NCBI GenBank assembly: GCA_036867785.1
Contig: CP145413.1
Coordinates: 682,001 to 746,000, forward strand
DNA from: Plasmodiophora brassicae
Lineage: Eukaryota
Direction: 5' to 3'
Length of the DNA stretch: 64,000 nt
Below, piece after piece: positions 1 through 12,691 of the stretch; position 1 is the first letter of the stretch, and the number at the start of each line of letters is the position of its first letter. Below the pieces are notes generated by a model that saw only the letters and a list, made by a program, of their open reading frames with translations, was not told where the DNA came from and searched no databases. The position numbers and the translations under genes were made by a program.

Positions 1-1526
1 GGAAAGGGATTATGCTGATCTGCGACGAAGGACACCGTCTTAAGAACGCGCAGGGTAACCGAACCATTGCCGCGCTGGAGGAGCTCGGCGCAACGCGTCG
101 CCTGTTGATCACCGGCACGCCCATCCAGAACCAACTGGACGAACTGTTCGTATGGTCGAACCGATTGGCACGTTGCGCCCTGATCTGACGCGCTGCCGGC
201 TCAACAGGTACGCGATGTGCTCGTTCGTGAACCCTGGGCTGCTGTCGACGCTCGAGTCGTTCCGCCACGCGTTCATCCGCCCGATTCAGGCGTGGAGGGA
301 CGGTGGCGTTGCGTGCTCTGCCGACGACCAGGCCATCGGCGAGGCTCGCGCCGCCGAGCTACAGTCGTTAACGTCGTCCTTCATCCTGCGCCGTACGAAC
401 GACATCCTGTCCAAGTACCTGCCGCCCAAGATCGAGAGCGTCCTGTTCTGTCGCATGTCGCCGCTCCAGCTGGACCTGTACCGGACGTTTGTCGCATCGC
501 ACACGGTCAAGCGCCTGATTGCATCGGGGTCGACGGCCGCCGCGCTGTCGTCCATCGTCACGCTGCGCAAGCTGGTCAACGACCCTGCTCTCATCTACAA
601 CGGCGAGGACGTCGACGGGCTGCCTTTCCCGGACGATTACGACCCGCTCGTCAAGAGCGACGCATGCAAGATGGTGGTGGTCGACGCCATTCTCGATGCG
701 ATGCACGCGCAGTCGCCACCGGGCAAGACCGTCATCGTCAGCAACTTCGTGCAGACCCTCGAGGTCATCGAGCGGATGTGCGCCGCCAAAGGCATCAAGT
801 CGTTCCGCCTAGATGGGCAGACGTCTGCCCAAGCGCGGCAGCCACTTGTCACCCAGTTCAACGACGCATCGCGCCCGGAGACGGTCTTCCTGCTGTCCGC
901 CAAGGCACGTGCGATTCCCGTCATTCATTGCACGCTGACGTTGACCGATGCGTTTAGGCCGGCGGCTGCGGATTGAACCTGATCGGCGCGTGCCGGCTCG
1001 TCCTGTTCGACAACGACTGGAACCCTGCAACTGATGAGCAGGTGGGGCGGTCGTTTCTGGTTGCGCCTCCGGCGTGTCACGACGACGTCGCGCTGACCCG
1101 GCATGGCAGGCAATGGCGCGTATCTGGCGAGACGGGCAGCGCTTCCCATGCGTCATCTATCGGCTGCTGACGGTGGGCGGTATCGACGAGAAGATCTTCC
1201 AGAGGCAGCTGACGAAGCAGGAGCTGGCCCTGGTCATCGACAACAAGGACCAGAACGTGCAGCGCATGTCCCGGGACGACCTGAAGCAGCTGTTCAGCCT
1301 GCGATGCGACGAGCAGTACTGCCAGACGATGGCCATGCTGGAGGAGAAGGGCGCCGACGCGTCCACCGACCCGTCCACATGCTGGGCCATGCACCGCGAC
1401 CCGTCGGAGATCCCCGACCCCATCCTGCACGCCGCCCGTGCACACCTGCCGCCCGGCATGATCTCATTCGCCATGACCAAGACAACGAACCCGGACGCGC
1501 TGCCAAAGGCGCCGCCCACCACATAG
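1..1526 (+). CDS. RAD54: RAD54/RAD54B-like SNF2 helicase, 5'-truncated by the window, spliced (introns ~150-208, 905-957, 1042-1109)
   Basis: SNF2 motifs [64 protein letters not shown] join in frame after splicing. Confidence 0.9.
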
Positions 1527-1889
1527 GCCGGTCTGTCTGTTCAGCCGTCCCGTGTCCCGTAAACTATTTCCAAGAATAACACACACGAACCGTCGTCGTA
1601 CACGCGCGGCTGAGCTAAATTCGTGTCGTCCCAGTGACGAGGTTATTCCAGGAGGGGTGGGGACCTCCAGCACATTGGTCAGAGCCGTATCGTCCGCCGA
1701 GTGACAGCAGCAGCAGCAGCAGGGAGTAGCGCGGCTGGTCGTCTGCAGATTCCAACCGGTCGCTTAAGGTACGTGTGCCACCGGTGTGCGGGTCGATCGC
1801 GCCCCCCGAGCACCAGTCGTAGTAATATCGGCGTCGCCTACCGACACGCCGCATCGTTTGGCGCCGGCGCCCGCCCAGACCACGTTGCC

Positions 1890-3021
1890 ATGAGCGGCGT
1901 CGACACGCAGGCCACCTGCAACCGGGGTAGGCGTGCGTGCCACGCGCGTCGTCGTGGTTTCGTGTCGCTGACGACCGCGCTTGGCAGACGCGCTGGAGCA
2001 GCGCCTGGCGCAACGGGCGGCACCGGAGGAGCTGGAGCGCCGAGGCATCCTGAAGCAGGGCGGCGTGCACGCGTCCGCCCGCACCAACCTGGAGCGCTCG
2101 CTCGCCAAGGACGTCGTCGGGCGCCGGATCGAGCAGCGCCCCGCCCTGGACAACCTGGTCCAGGCGAACATCGCCGTCGACACGTCGCTGGCGCCGTCCC
2201 TGCACGGCCCGGCCCGCGCCCTGGACCGCCAACGTCGTGCCGATCAGCTGCGGGCCGCCCTGGCGCACCGGCAGGCCCCCGACCAGGTCAAGAGCGTCCT
2301 GCCGGCGGACGACGTTGCACCACGGCTTCGTCAGGCGCGCATCGCCCTGGAGAACGCGTTCACGCGCGACCACCTGAAGCACATGCTGGGGAGCAGGCCG
2401 TCGCCGGACGACCTCGTCAGGGCCAACATCCTCAAGGCGCCGTCGTCGGTGGCGCCGGCGCTCCAGGCGACGCAGCAGGCCCTGGAGAAGCAGATCCTGG
2501 CCGACAAGCTCAACGACTTCATCGGGACGCGCCAGGCGCCGGCGGCGGACGAGCAGGCGGCCGCCTCAATCCAGGCCGTCCAGCGCGACCTGAAGCGCAG
2601 CATCGCCAAGTCGAACCTGTACCACGCGTTGCAATCGCGCCCGACCGCCCTCGAGCTCCAGCAGCGCGGCATACTGGACGACGACTACGACGAGGCGTGC
2701 CTGAGCACGAACGCGACGGCGAGCGCGGGCCCCGGCCCCGGCGACGACGCCGTCGGCCAGTTCATGCCCGCCCGTCACGACAGCGCCTTCGACGACCCGT
2801 TGGACACGCGCGCCCGCAGCTTCCTGCTGACCAGGACGCTGCTGCAGGCGGCCGCCGCCCTGTACGACGCCGGCGAGATCAGCCAGGCGCAGAAGGGCGC
2901 CCTCAAGGACCTGATCGTCGACCAGGACCCGTCGATCCTCGCCGCCGCCGACCTGTTCGACGCCGACGGCGATGTGCACGACTTCAAGGACACCCTGGTC
3001 CGGCTGTCGTTCCGCCGTTAG
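1890..3021 (+). CDS. RPEL-repeat (G-actin-binding) protein; join(1890..1926,1988..3021)
   Basis: Several RPEL-like motifs: LEQRLAQRAAPEELERRGIL, RRIEQRPALDNLVQANI, MLGSRPSPDDLVRANILK, LQSRPTALELQQRGIL; GT-AG intron restores the frame. Confidence 0.8.
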
Positions 3022-3377
3022 CCCTCGCGCGCGCGCGTCCCAGCCCCGGCACCCTGTCTCGTTCAGGTCGGAATACACACTTGCGTTTGTGTTGTACGTG
3101 ACGTACGGCGATGGGGAGGTGCGGGCGTGGGTCGGGTACGCGCCCCCCTCTCTCCCCAATTTTCAACGGCAGAGAGCGCTGGGACCCCACGTCACGCGCG
3201 GTCGACTGCAACACGAGCGATGACTCAACTGCGTTTGGGCGCCCGCGTATCGGTTGCATATTCGCACGCCCTTGGTAGGTAGCGGCCCAGTGTGGTCACG
3301 TATCGTCATTCACGATATTGTCGCGCGGCGAGCACACCCCCCGAACGTGACTTAGGTAGTCTACTAGTAGTATCACT

Positions 3378-4748
3378 ATGAACGCGCACAGCCGAGCCTG
3401 CATCATCGTCGTTGCTGTGGTCGTTGTCCTGGTCGGCGGCGCCAGCGCCCACGATCGTCTGCGCAAGGACGTGTCGCATTTGGATGCCGCCTCGCAGGAC
3501 AGGTGCAACCAGCTGAAGGCGCAGGCGCAGCAGTTCCACGCGACGTGCAAGAAGCTGGTCGCCGCCGGCAAGTGCAACACGCCCGACTTCCAGGACGCCA
3601 AGGCGAAGCGGGACGACTGCCTGGTGCAGATCGGCAAGATCGCCGGCCCGCAGGTCGACGTGCACAAGTTCTGCGGCGTGAAGGCGATCCCGTTGCCGGC
3701 GCAGAAGACGACGGTGGACCACCTGCCGCCGGCGCAGCGCCAGCAGTGCATGACGCTGAAGAACCAGGCACAGCAGCACAAGCGGCAGTGCGATTCGCTG
3801 GTGGCGGCCGGGCAGAAGGGCACGGCGCAGCACCAGCAGGCGCAGCAGGCCAAGGACGAGTGCAAGGCCAAGATTGCGGCCATTGCCGGCCCCGGCGTCG
3901 ACGTCGACGCGTTCTGCGGCGATTCGCCGATGAAGGCCACGGTGGACCACCTGCCGTCCGACAAGCAGGCCACGTGCAGCAGGCTGAAGGCGCAGGTGCA
4001 GTCGGCCAAGGACAAGTGCAGCGAGCTGGAGCGCGCCGGCCTCAAGAACACCACCGAGTACCAGCAGGCGCTGATGCAGAAGACTGACTGCAAGGTGCAG
4101 ATCAGCCAGATCGCCGGGCCCACGCTCCGGGTCGACGAGTTCTGCGGCGACAAGCCAGTGCCCACGCCGGCGCCCACCCCGGCCCCGTACCACAACACGA
4201 CGGCACCGACGCCAAAGCCCACGCCGGCACCGACGCCTGCACCAACGCCGGCTCCGACGCCAAAGCCAACACCGGCCCCGACGCCAGCGCCAACACCTGC
4301 CCCGACGCCAAAGCCAACGCCTGCACCGACGCCGGCACCGACGCCGGCACCGACGCCAAAGCCAACGCCTGCACCGACGCCGGCACCGACGCCGGCACCC
4401 ACGCCAGCGCCAACGCCTGCCCCTACTCCAGCGCCAACGCCTGCACCTACGCCGGCACCTACTCCAGCGCCAACGCCTGCCCCTACGCCGGCACCGACGC
4501 CGGCTCCTTACTATACGCGGGCACCGACACCAGCACCAACGCCGGCCCCGACACCAGCACCAACGCCGGCCCCGACACCAGCACCAACGCCGGCCCCAAC
4601 ACCGGCACCAACGCCGGCCCCGACACCGGCCCCGTACGAGAACGAGTACACGACGTACGGCGACAGCGACTCGGAGACGTCGTCGGTGTCGACCGGGGAG
4701 GCGTCGTCGTTCGCTTCGACGGGCACGTCGTCGTCGGCCTCTGCCTAA
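3378..4748 (+). CDS. Secreted protein with 3 Cys-rich helical repeats, a PTPA-repeat stalk and a Ser/Thr tail (candidate effector or surface protein)
   Basis: Hydrophobic signal peptide ending ASA; three ~70-75 aa repeats V(S/D)HL..C..LK.Q.Q....C..L..AG....C...I..IAGP...V..FCG; intronless 456 aa ORF. Confidence 0.85.
   Translation: MNAHSRACIIVVAVVVVLVGGASAHDRLRKDVSHLDAASQDRCNQLKAQAQQFHATCKKLVAAGKCNTPDFQDAKAKRDDCLVQIGKIAGPQVDVHKFCGVKAIPLPAQKTTVDHLPPAQRQQCMTLKNQAQQHKRQCDSLVAAGQKGTAQHQQAQQAKDECKAKIAAIAGPGVDVDAFCGDSPMKATVDHLPSDKQATCSRLKAQVQSAKDKCSELERAGLKNTTEYQQALMQKTDCKVQISQIAGPTLRVDEFCGDKPVPTPAPTPAPYHNTTAPTPKPTPAPTPAPTPAPTPKPTPAPTPAPTPAPTPKPTPAPTPAPTPAPTPKPTPAPTPAPTPAPTPAPTPAPTPAPTPAPTPAPTPAPTPAPTPAPTPAPYYTRAPTPAPTPAPTPAPTPAPTPAPTPAPTPAPTPAPTPAPYENEYTTYGDSDSETSSVSTGEASSFASTGTSSSASA
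4160..4635 (+). repeat. Coding 12-bp tandem repeat (PTPA/PTPK)n
   Basis: Degenerate ccgacgccggca-type 12-mers with synonymous variation. Confidence 0.95.
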
Positions 4749-4907
4749 AATACAGGACGCCTGCGGCACTCTTCTGTCTCCGTCTGTCGTCGCCATCACT
4801 CGTCGTGCCCGTACACACGCGACGCTGGACCGGCAGGAGTACGTAGGCAGGGTGCCCCGGCCACTGACACACAGCAGGGTGAACGTCCCTATTAACGGGG
4901 GCAACCG

Positions 4908-5737
4908 ATGGCGACGCGGTCCGCAGCGGGGCGACCGTCGATGCGCCCGCCGCTGTCCAACGCCGAGGTCGAGTTCCTGGCCACCGGCACGGTCGTCACG
5001 ATATCGCCGCGGTTCAACCTCGAACGCCTGCGCCTGTGGACGGTACGCGCCGTCGTCGTCGGCTGCTGTTCGTGGCTGAACCGGGGGGCGTGGCGAACAG
5101 GGCGGCGTCGGGCCGGTGCGCCTGAACCAGCCCGTGCAGGTGCCGCTGTGGGTCGCCCTGCACCTGAAACGCTCCCGGAAGTGCTCGATCCTGTGCCCGT
5201 CCTGGCTCAACCTGCAGTACATCAACGAGCGCATCGAGCAGGAGCGCGCCGATGACCTGTTCACCGACCTGCCCGAGCACTACCTCGAGGCCGCCGCCCT
5301 CCTCTTCAAGCAGTACGAAACGCAACGCGTGCACCGTCCTATGACGTAGCCCTGCGACTGAGCCCGTTGAAACAGCGCGCCCGATGACATCCCGAACGTC
5401 GTCAAGGTGAAGGCGGCGCTGAACGCCCTGGAGTCGATCCGGGTCGCCAAGCTACGCGTCGGCCTGCAGGAGATCCAGCCCGGGTTCACGTTCGCCAAGG
5501 TCGGTCGGATGTCGTCGTCGTACGGGTTGCGGTGGCCCCCAGTACCCCCCATGCTGATCACACGTTCTGGACGCGCAGCTCAATAACGTGACGCTGATGG
5601 AGATCCAGCAGATCCGGTCGTACACGTCGGCGGCGCTGGACCAGCTGTACGACATGTCGCAGGAGAAGTTCCTGGAGCGGACGGGCGCCTCGTCGCAATC
5701 GCAGGCCGAGACGCAGCAGCCGTCGCTGAACCTGTAG
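4908..5737 (+). CDS. PSF2: GINS complex subunit Psf2, spliced
   Basis: EVEFLA..VTISPRF, PVQVPLWVALHLKRSRKCSILCPSWL, LP.HYLE, IRVAKL, LNNVTLMEI motifs across short introns. Confidence 0.9.
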
Positions 5738-5941
5738 CAGCCATGTAGTTGTAATAACGACGGCGATGCAATGTGTGTGCCGTTCCATGCGCTGTGTGAT
5801 TCGTGCCTGCGTCGTGTCGTAGGTCTGGTCGAGTTCCCCCGCTGCGTCCGGGCGGCCATCGCTGACCCGATCGGCGTTGCCGTCGGACTGCGCCATCGGT
5901 CGACCGGCGCCCAGAACGAACCGCGGCAGCAGGCGGCCGTG

Positions 5942-7468
5942 ATGGCACAGGGCGGCGGCGACGTTGCCGACGACATCAGCCTGTTCGACCGGGCCCTGGC
6001 CGAGTACGAGGCCGGGCAGGCGAACCTGGACCACCGGCTGGCGTCCGCGCTGGAGGCGCTCGACGCCGACTTTAACAACCTGGAGGCGCTCGCGTCCGAG
6101 GGCAAACGCCAGGTGCTCGTCGGCGACCGCGCGCCCACCCGACGGAACCCCCGCTGATTCGCGGCGGTTCGCATGGCGCAGGTCCCCGAGGCCGGCCGCC
6201 TGTTCGATGTGATGGCCGACCTGAGGCCGTTCATGGACAGCGCGCAGCGGGACGCGTACCAGGCCCGCCTGGATCGGGTTCGCAAATCGCTCGACAAGCT
6301 GCGCTCCATCGAGCCTCGCCGGGGCACCTGGGTCATCCGCATGTTCCTCGGCGAACGCGTCAATACGAAAGGTTCGTATTCGCCCGCCCGCAAGCGGCGC
6401 TGCTGCCTGCTGCCTGCTGGTGCTGACGGGCGACGACGCGTAGTGTGGAAGCGCTCCGAGCTGTTCGCCATGAAGGACGCGTACAACAACTACAAGTCGA
6501 AGTCGACCATCATCTTCATCCTGTTCCCCCTGGTCCAGCTGCTCGTCTCCAGCCATCGATTCATTGGCATGTCCGTTTGTGTGGCGGGGCGCCCGTCTGG
6601 TCGCCGTCCTCTGCACAGAGTTGCCCCCTGACCGTATGCTGTTGGAACACGCAGACTGCACCAGCTCTGGCTACTGCATTTCTACCTGTCGCTGTCGCTG
6701 CGGGAGAGCCTCCTGCTATGCAACGGGAGCAACATCATGCCCTGGTGGATCACGCACCACTACGTGTCCATGGCGATCTCCGTCGCCACGCTGGTCTGGC
6801 ATGACGGGCCTGGATGTAGGCGCATCGCATCGCCCGTCGCCTGCGTCCCATCTTGCTGAGCGTCCGCCTAACAGACCGCTGGTTCATTGGCAATGCAACC
6901 AAGCTGATGATCTGGCAAGGGTTGATCATGTTGTTCCAGACACAGGTGCGTGTGGGGCGGCGACGCTCTCTCTCTGCAATGTCGTTCGCTGCGCTGACGT
7001 GTACCTCGTTGCCTCAGTACCAGAAGAGCCGGCACTATGTCAGGTACCGCGACCGTCGCACAGCTGCTCGACGTGATCAGGAAACTGACGGGCGCCCCTG
7101 CCTGCAGGATGAGCTTGGGCAAGGCCGGCGAGCTCGACGTCCCATCCAGTGAGACGCTGGTCGAGAAGCCGACCAACCTGACCATCCTGGTGCCCCTGCT
7201 CTACATCACCTACGCCCTGCAACTCTTCACGGGCACGACGCTCATCCTGAAATCCACCGTCTTCCCCGGATCGCTCTGGAATGTACGTGCCCTGTGTCCC
7301 GTCCGTCGTCGTGCGCTGAGACCGCGCGTTTCCCAGTTTGTCATCATCGGCACGCTCATGTGCCTGCTCGGCGTCGGCAACAGCATCGCGACGCTGCGCG
7401 TCCTGCGCAAGAAGCGCAACGAGCGCCGCGCGCAATCGGCGCGCCTGCAGGAACAGAAATGCCAATAG
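5942..7468 (+). CDS. TMEM120: TMEM120/TMPIT family membrane protein, multi-exon
   Basis: N-terminal coiled coil; FLGERVN, KDAYNNYK, LSLRESLLLCNGSNIMPWWITHHY, YQKSRHY, GNSIATLRV motifs. Confidence 0.85.
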
Positions 7469-7674
7469 CCTACCATACAAACACACGTCCGGCGCCCGTC
7501 GTATTATATACGCATCATCAGGCGCGACGTCTGGCGTCTGGTAACCCGGCGCCCTGCCCGCGTGATCCGGAGCGCGGCGCGCCTGCCAGCCTGCCACGAC
7601 GACGTTCGGAGCCCGCGCGGTCCTTCATTTGTCGCGCGGCACGCCGTTGGATGTGCTGTCGACCGTAGGTAGGT

Positions 7675-9812
7675 ATGCGAGCGGGGCACGCTGCCGATGC
7701 GGACGACGCGCTGGCCCTGTACGAGGCCGTCCGGGCGTCGTCGTCGCCGGCGCGTCGGGCGCTCAGGATCATCGACGAGGCCATGGACCGATGGGCGATC
7801 GGCGACCAGCTGGCCCTCAGCTTCAACGGCGGCAAGGACTGCACCGCGCTCCTCCACCTGATCAGGGCGGCGCTCGCCAGACGCCAGGTGCCGCCCGGCG
7901 ACCTGGTCACCGTCTACTTCCATCCCTGCGACGACCAGTTCCCGCAGCTCCTCGAATTCATGGCCCAGGTCACGACCAGGTCGGCCGACCCCCACCTGGG
8001 TCCAGCGCACCCTCCCCGCCTCCCGCTGATCATCGTCATCATCGGCCCGCATTAGGTACGGGTTCCAGCTGAGGACGTTCCGCAATTCGTACCGGGATGG
8101 GTTATGGGAGCTCGTCGGGCACGTGCCATCGCTGAAAGCGGTCTTCATGGCAAGTCGGCGTTGTGCTGCTGCGACAGCGGTCTGACCCGATGCGTCCCTC
8201 CCACAGGGCCAGCGACGAAGCGACCCGTCGTGCGCCGCGATGAACACGTTCGCCCACTGCGACGTCGGGTGGCCCGATATCATCCGCGTCAACCCGATCC
8301 TGGGTGCGGGCAACAACGGTTCGTACGTTGCGGCCAGTCGTGTAATGGGCGCTGCTGGTAGATTTGACATACGGCGTCGTCTGGGCGTTCCTGCGGTCGC
8401 ACAACCTTCCGTACTGCAAGCTGTACGATGAAGGTTTCACATCGATTGGTACGTCCACGCCCCGGGTCCCGCCCCCGGTGAACGGTTTAACGCCCGCGCC
8501 TCGTTCAGGCCCGATGTCCCTGACGGCGCCGAACCCTGCGCTGCAAGCCGCCGATGGCCAATCGTTCCTGTCCGTCTGACGTTGCGGCGCCCATCGCGAT
8601 CACTGATCAACCGTTTGTGGGCAGTCCCGCGTACCTGCTGGAAGACGTCGAGGCGGAGCGTGCGGGGCGACGATCCCCGAAGCGGAACTCGGTCAACGGC
8701 ATGACGGCGGCCCTGCTGATCATCGGCGACGAGCTCCTCAACGGACAGCAGGCGGACCTGAACTCGCCGTTCCTGTGCAAGGAGCTCCACGACTGTGGCG
8801 TGTACGTCAGGAAGGTCGCCATTGTTCCCGACTGTTTGCCTGTCATCGCCGCCGAGGTGCGCCGCCGTTGAGCCCGCGTTTCGGGAACGATCGTCCCATT
8901 CATCTGCCGTTGCGCACTGGACAGGTTCGGGACCTGTCCCCGAAGCACGACGTGGTCATCTCGTGCGGAGGCCTGGGCCCAACGCCGGATGACGTCACGA
9001 TGGAAGCCATGAGCGAGGCGTTCCGCATGCCGCTGGCGCATTCGCAGGAACTCTTCGAGTGCCTCATGGGCAAGTACGACCACTTGACGGGTACGTGCGC
9101 GCCCGTCGTCCTCAGATCGGGCGGCGACAACCTCACTTGCTTGTGCGCTTGCTGTTGATACTGTATCGGTGCCTCAGGCCAGGAGCCCAACGGCATCGAA
9201 TCGGACTGCCGGCGGATGGCGCGTATCCCTCGGGGGTCGCTACTGGTCCACGCCCTGTAAGTTCGACGTGGCACGCGACGGCTGGTGCTGCGATGACGCC
9301 CGTGTCGTGCTGAAGCCACTGCGAACAAGGCGCCGGGTCGCCGGTATTCCCCGCCTGCGTACAGGTCGGCGCGCGCGTGTGCCGCTGCGATCGATGGGCA
9401 TAACCCTCGCCCAGGTTCGCAACGTGTTCCTGTTTCCCGGTGTCCCGTCGGTCGTTCAGAACAACTTTGCGGCTGTCAAGGAGCGCATCATCGAGAGCGG
9501 CGACGCCGGGGCCTTCCACAACCGCGCCGTGCGGCTCAGCGTCGACGAGATCGCCGTGGCACACGTCCTCCAGCAGGTCCAGGAGCGATGGGGGCGTGCC
9601 GTCCTCATCGGGTCGTACCCGTCCGAGGACACCGCGGCGTCCCACAAGGTATGGGCGGCGGGCAACGTTCATTGCCCGGCGACACGCATCGCCAACGTTT
9701 GGGCGTTCAGGTCGAGGTCCGATTCGAGAGCAAGTCGGAGCCGGCGCTGGCGGAAGCCTTCTCGTACTTTATCCGGGAGGTGCACGACTATTCGGTTGTG
9801 CTGAAGCAATAG
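7675..9812 (+). CDS. FLAD1: Bifunctional FAD synthase (PAPS-reductase-like N-terminal domain + MoCF/CinA-like C-terminal domain), multi-exon
   Basis: LSFNGGKDCT, RVNPIL, YCKLYDEGFTSIG, PNPAL; then LIIGDELLNG..DLNS.FLC..L, GGLGPTPDDVT, NVFLFPGVP. Confidence 0.85.
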
Positions 9813-9881
9813 AGCGCATGGGGGGTTCCCGAGAACGGTATGCGACGTCTGTACTCATGATGTGCATGCTGGATCTGCCCG

Positions 9882-10659
9882 TCATGCGCTGGTCTGCACG
9901 TGGGCGGCCTCGTTGCCGGTCATGAAGGGGTGTCGTTGAGGCGACGCCGCCGCCGGCGCTGATCTGGTGGGTGTCGGCACCGACGCCACCGGCGCCATGT
10001 GGACCTGGTGTGCCGTGCGCATGTGGTTGATCAGGCTGGATCGGCGCGACGCCCCGGTGCCGCACTGTGGACAGTGGAACAGCTTCTCGCCGCTGTGCAC
10101 CCGCTCGTGCCTCTGTGCGCACGGCCCCGTCAAACGTCGTCCCGTCGCCCCCCACCACCAGAGCCCCTGCCCGTGTGTACCTTCAGGTTGCTCTTCTGGG
10201 AGAAGGTCCTCGGGCAGATCGTGCACTGAAACGGGCGCTCCCCCGTGTGCGTCCTGATGTGCGTCACTGCGTTGGCGCGTGTGTGAGCCGCTGTCTGTCG
10301 CACGGACGACCCCGATTGCGCATCCGGTTACCGAGGTTGCTGTTCTGATGGAACACCTTGCCGCAGTACGGGCAGTCGAACCGGCGCGTCCGTTGCTGGG
10401 CGGGCGCCGCCCTGCTGCTCTTGCTGATGGCCCGGAAGGCGGACCGGTTCCGGTCCGATTTCTCCAGCAGCGGCCAGGCGGTCGGCGTTCGCAGGCACCG
10501 CGGGCACTTGCACAGGTCGAACTGGCGCTGCTGGATCAGGCCGGCGGTGACCGGGCTGGGGCGGCACGGCAGGACCAGGATAGGTGCCGTCTCGAACGCC
10601 GGCGACATCCACCCGCCCGATAGCGGCAGGTACCGTTTCAGGTGCACGACGGTGGCCAT
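9882..10659 (-). CDS. C2H2 zinc-finger protein (3 fingers), spliced
   Basis: [60 protein letters not shown]...HMRTAH. Confidence 0.85.
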
Positions 10660-11135
10660 CTTCTGGCGACCAATGCACACACGAGTGTGGCCCTTGTTCG
10701 CTCGACGCGCACCCTGCGTGTTTGCCCGAGGGGCGGGCACGCGGGGCCGCGGGCCACCACCCACCAGGGAACGTCTGGAACCATTCGACGATCTGGAATA
10801 TTCGATGAGGCAACGCGCCGACGCGGTCACCGAGCGATGGTTCGTCGCCGGCCTGTGACGCGCGCATGCCACTCGCCGACGGTGCCCTGCAAACGGCGGC
10901 ACAGTGCCCGTATCAGGGGATGCATGCGTTCGCACTCGGTCGCCAGGGGGCCGCTGGTGGCGTTCGCGTCACACGTAGACGAACGTCGATGGGTATTTTA
11001 CTGTGTGGACACGCACCGGCAGCAGCTCAGCCCTGACGACTGGGCAACTAGAACGGGCCCTCTGTGTGGACGGCTGGTCAGCCTGTTGTTCGCAACGGCG
11101 GGCGGGTGGGGGTGCGACGCGCGCATCCTACCGAC

Positions 11136-12248
11136 CTATACGCGAAGTATTTGGAGCTTCTGGTCGAACGCAATGCCGACCCAGTCCGGCTGGCTGGACG
11201 ACCATTGCAGGGTGTTGACCTCGGCGGCCGCCGTGTACGCCAGGATCGGGTCGTCGATCGGCTTCGGCATTTGCGACAGGTCCCAGATCAGCGCCTGGCT
11301 GTCGTCACCGGCCGTGCAGATGTGGCAGCTGCTGTGCGGCGCCCAGGCGATCGAGTTGACGCACGACGAGTGGCCCTTGAGCTCGGCCACGGGCAGCGAC
11401 GGTGCCCGGATGTCGAGAATGACGACCTTGGACTGGTCCATGAGGATCGTGGCCAGGTAGTTGTGGTCCTGTTTGTTCCACCCGAGCCTCAGCAGAGGGA
11501 CCAGGTCGGGCGACTCGTAGATGATCGTGCTGTGCTCCAGCGACCTCAGGTCGAACATGCGGACGGACCCGTCAGCGCCGACCGACGCGAACACGTCCTG
11601 CGACGGGGCGAACGCAATGTCGTACACCTCCTTGTCGTGCGCGATCAGCTGCGTTCTGGCCTGCTGCGTCTCGACGTTCCAGATCGTGCAGGTCGTGTCG
11701 ATGGACGACGTGCCGACCAGGGTCGGGTCCGTCTCGTTCCAGTCGAACGAGGTCAGCGGGGCGCAGAACTCCGAGTTCTTGTTGTTGTTCAGGAGGCACT
11801 TCTGCGACACGGACCCGTCCTCGGCCACCGACCACAACCGCAGGTAGTCGCCCGTCGTCGCAAGCAGGTCATCACCTGTGCCGACCTGCGCCCACACACC
11901 CATCGGTTAGCCAGCACCGCCGACTGGCGTCGATCGCCACCCGACCTTATCGGGCGCCCATATGATCTTCGTTGACGGGTACGGGTGGTCAAACGTGGCC
12001 GTGCACTCGAACTTGCCCATCTCCTCGTTCAGCTGGATCACCTCGATCTGCGCATGGCTGGCGCGTTGGTTCGTGCGGGTGGGGAACGCGACGTACGACG
12101 CGCCTACCTTATTAGTGTACTCCTCGATGAAGGACCCGATGGCGAGTCGGAATTTCTGCGACGCCCTCACGCTCCAGTTCATAGCGTAGACGACCCATGG
12201 CGCATCGTACGTGTATATCTCCTTCTTCTTGTTCTCGCATGCCGTCAT
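11136..12248 (-). CDS. DCAF7: DCAF7/WDR68 (AN11/TTG1 family) WD40 protein, 2 introns
   Basis: [73 protein letters not shown]-terminus. Confidence 0.95.
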
Positions 12249-12691
12249 GGCGTGCGGGGCGCCAGGCCGGTCTCGACGACGACCGATGCCAAACTGCGTT
12301 CACCCGCGGACCACAGACGCCGCGCGCGCGCGCCCCGCACTTTACCCGTCACGCGCAGCGCACTAAACTCCGCCACACAGCAACCAGTCGCGCGACTGCG
12401 GACCCCCCGTCAGTCGCACACTGCCGCCGGCGTGGCGGGCGGGCACCGCCGGGGGCACACCTGGCCTGCACCACTGACTGCTGCACCGACCGCGGGAACC
12501 GCCATCGAACTAGCGTGGCGGACACTGGTGTGGGCGATGCCGCTGCTGTGTAATACAGTATACAGATGACCATATACACAACCGTAACGGCGGGTGACCC
12601 GGCTGATGGCCCCCTAGGGCCTGCAGAGTCGGCTCGTCACACGAACGCCCGACAAGTCATAGTCATCTGCGAACGGGTCGCCGGCGGCGTC

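Noticed and set aside
1615-3101. Overlapping 255-aa and 466-aa alternative ORFs
   Set aside because: Off-frame products of high GC3 in the RPEL gene
3296-5264. Long minus-strand ORFs (GVGA repeats, 652 aa Arg-rich)
   Set aside because: Antisense shadows of the GC-rich PTPA-repeat gene
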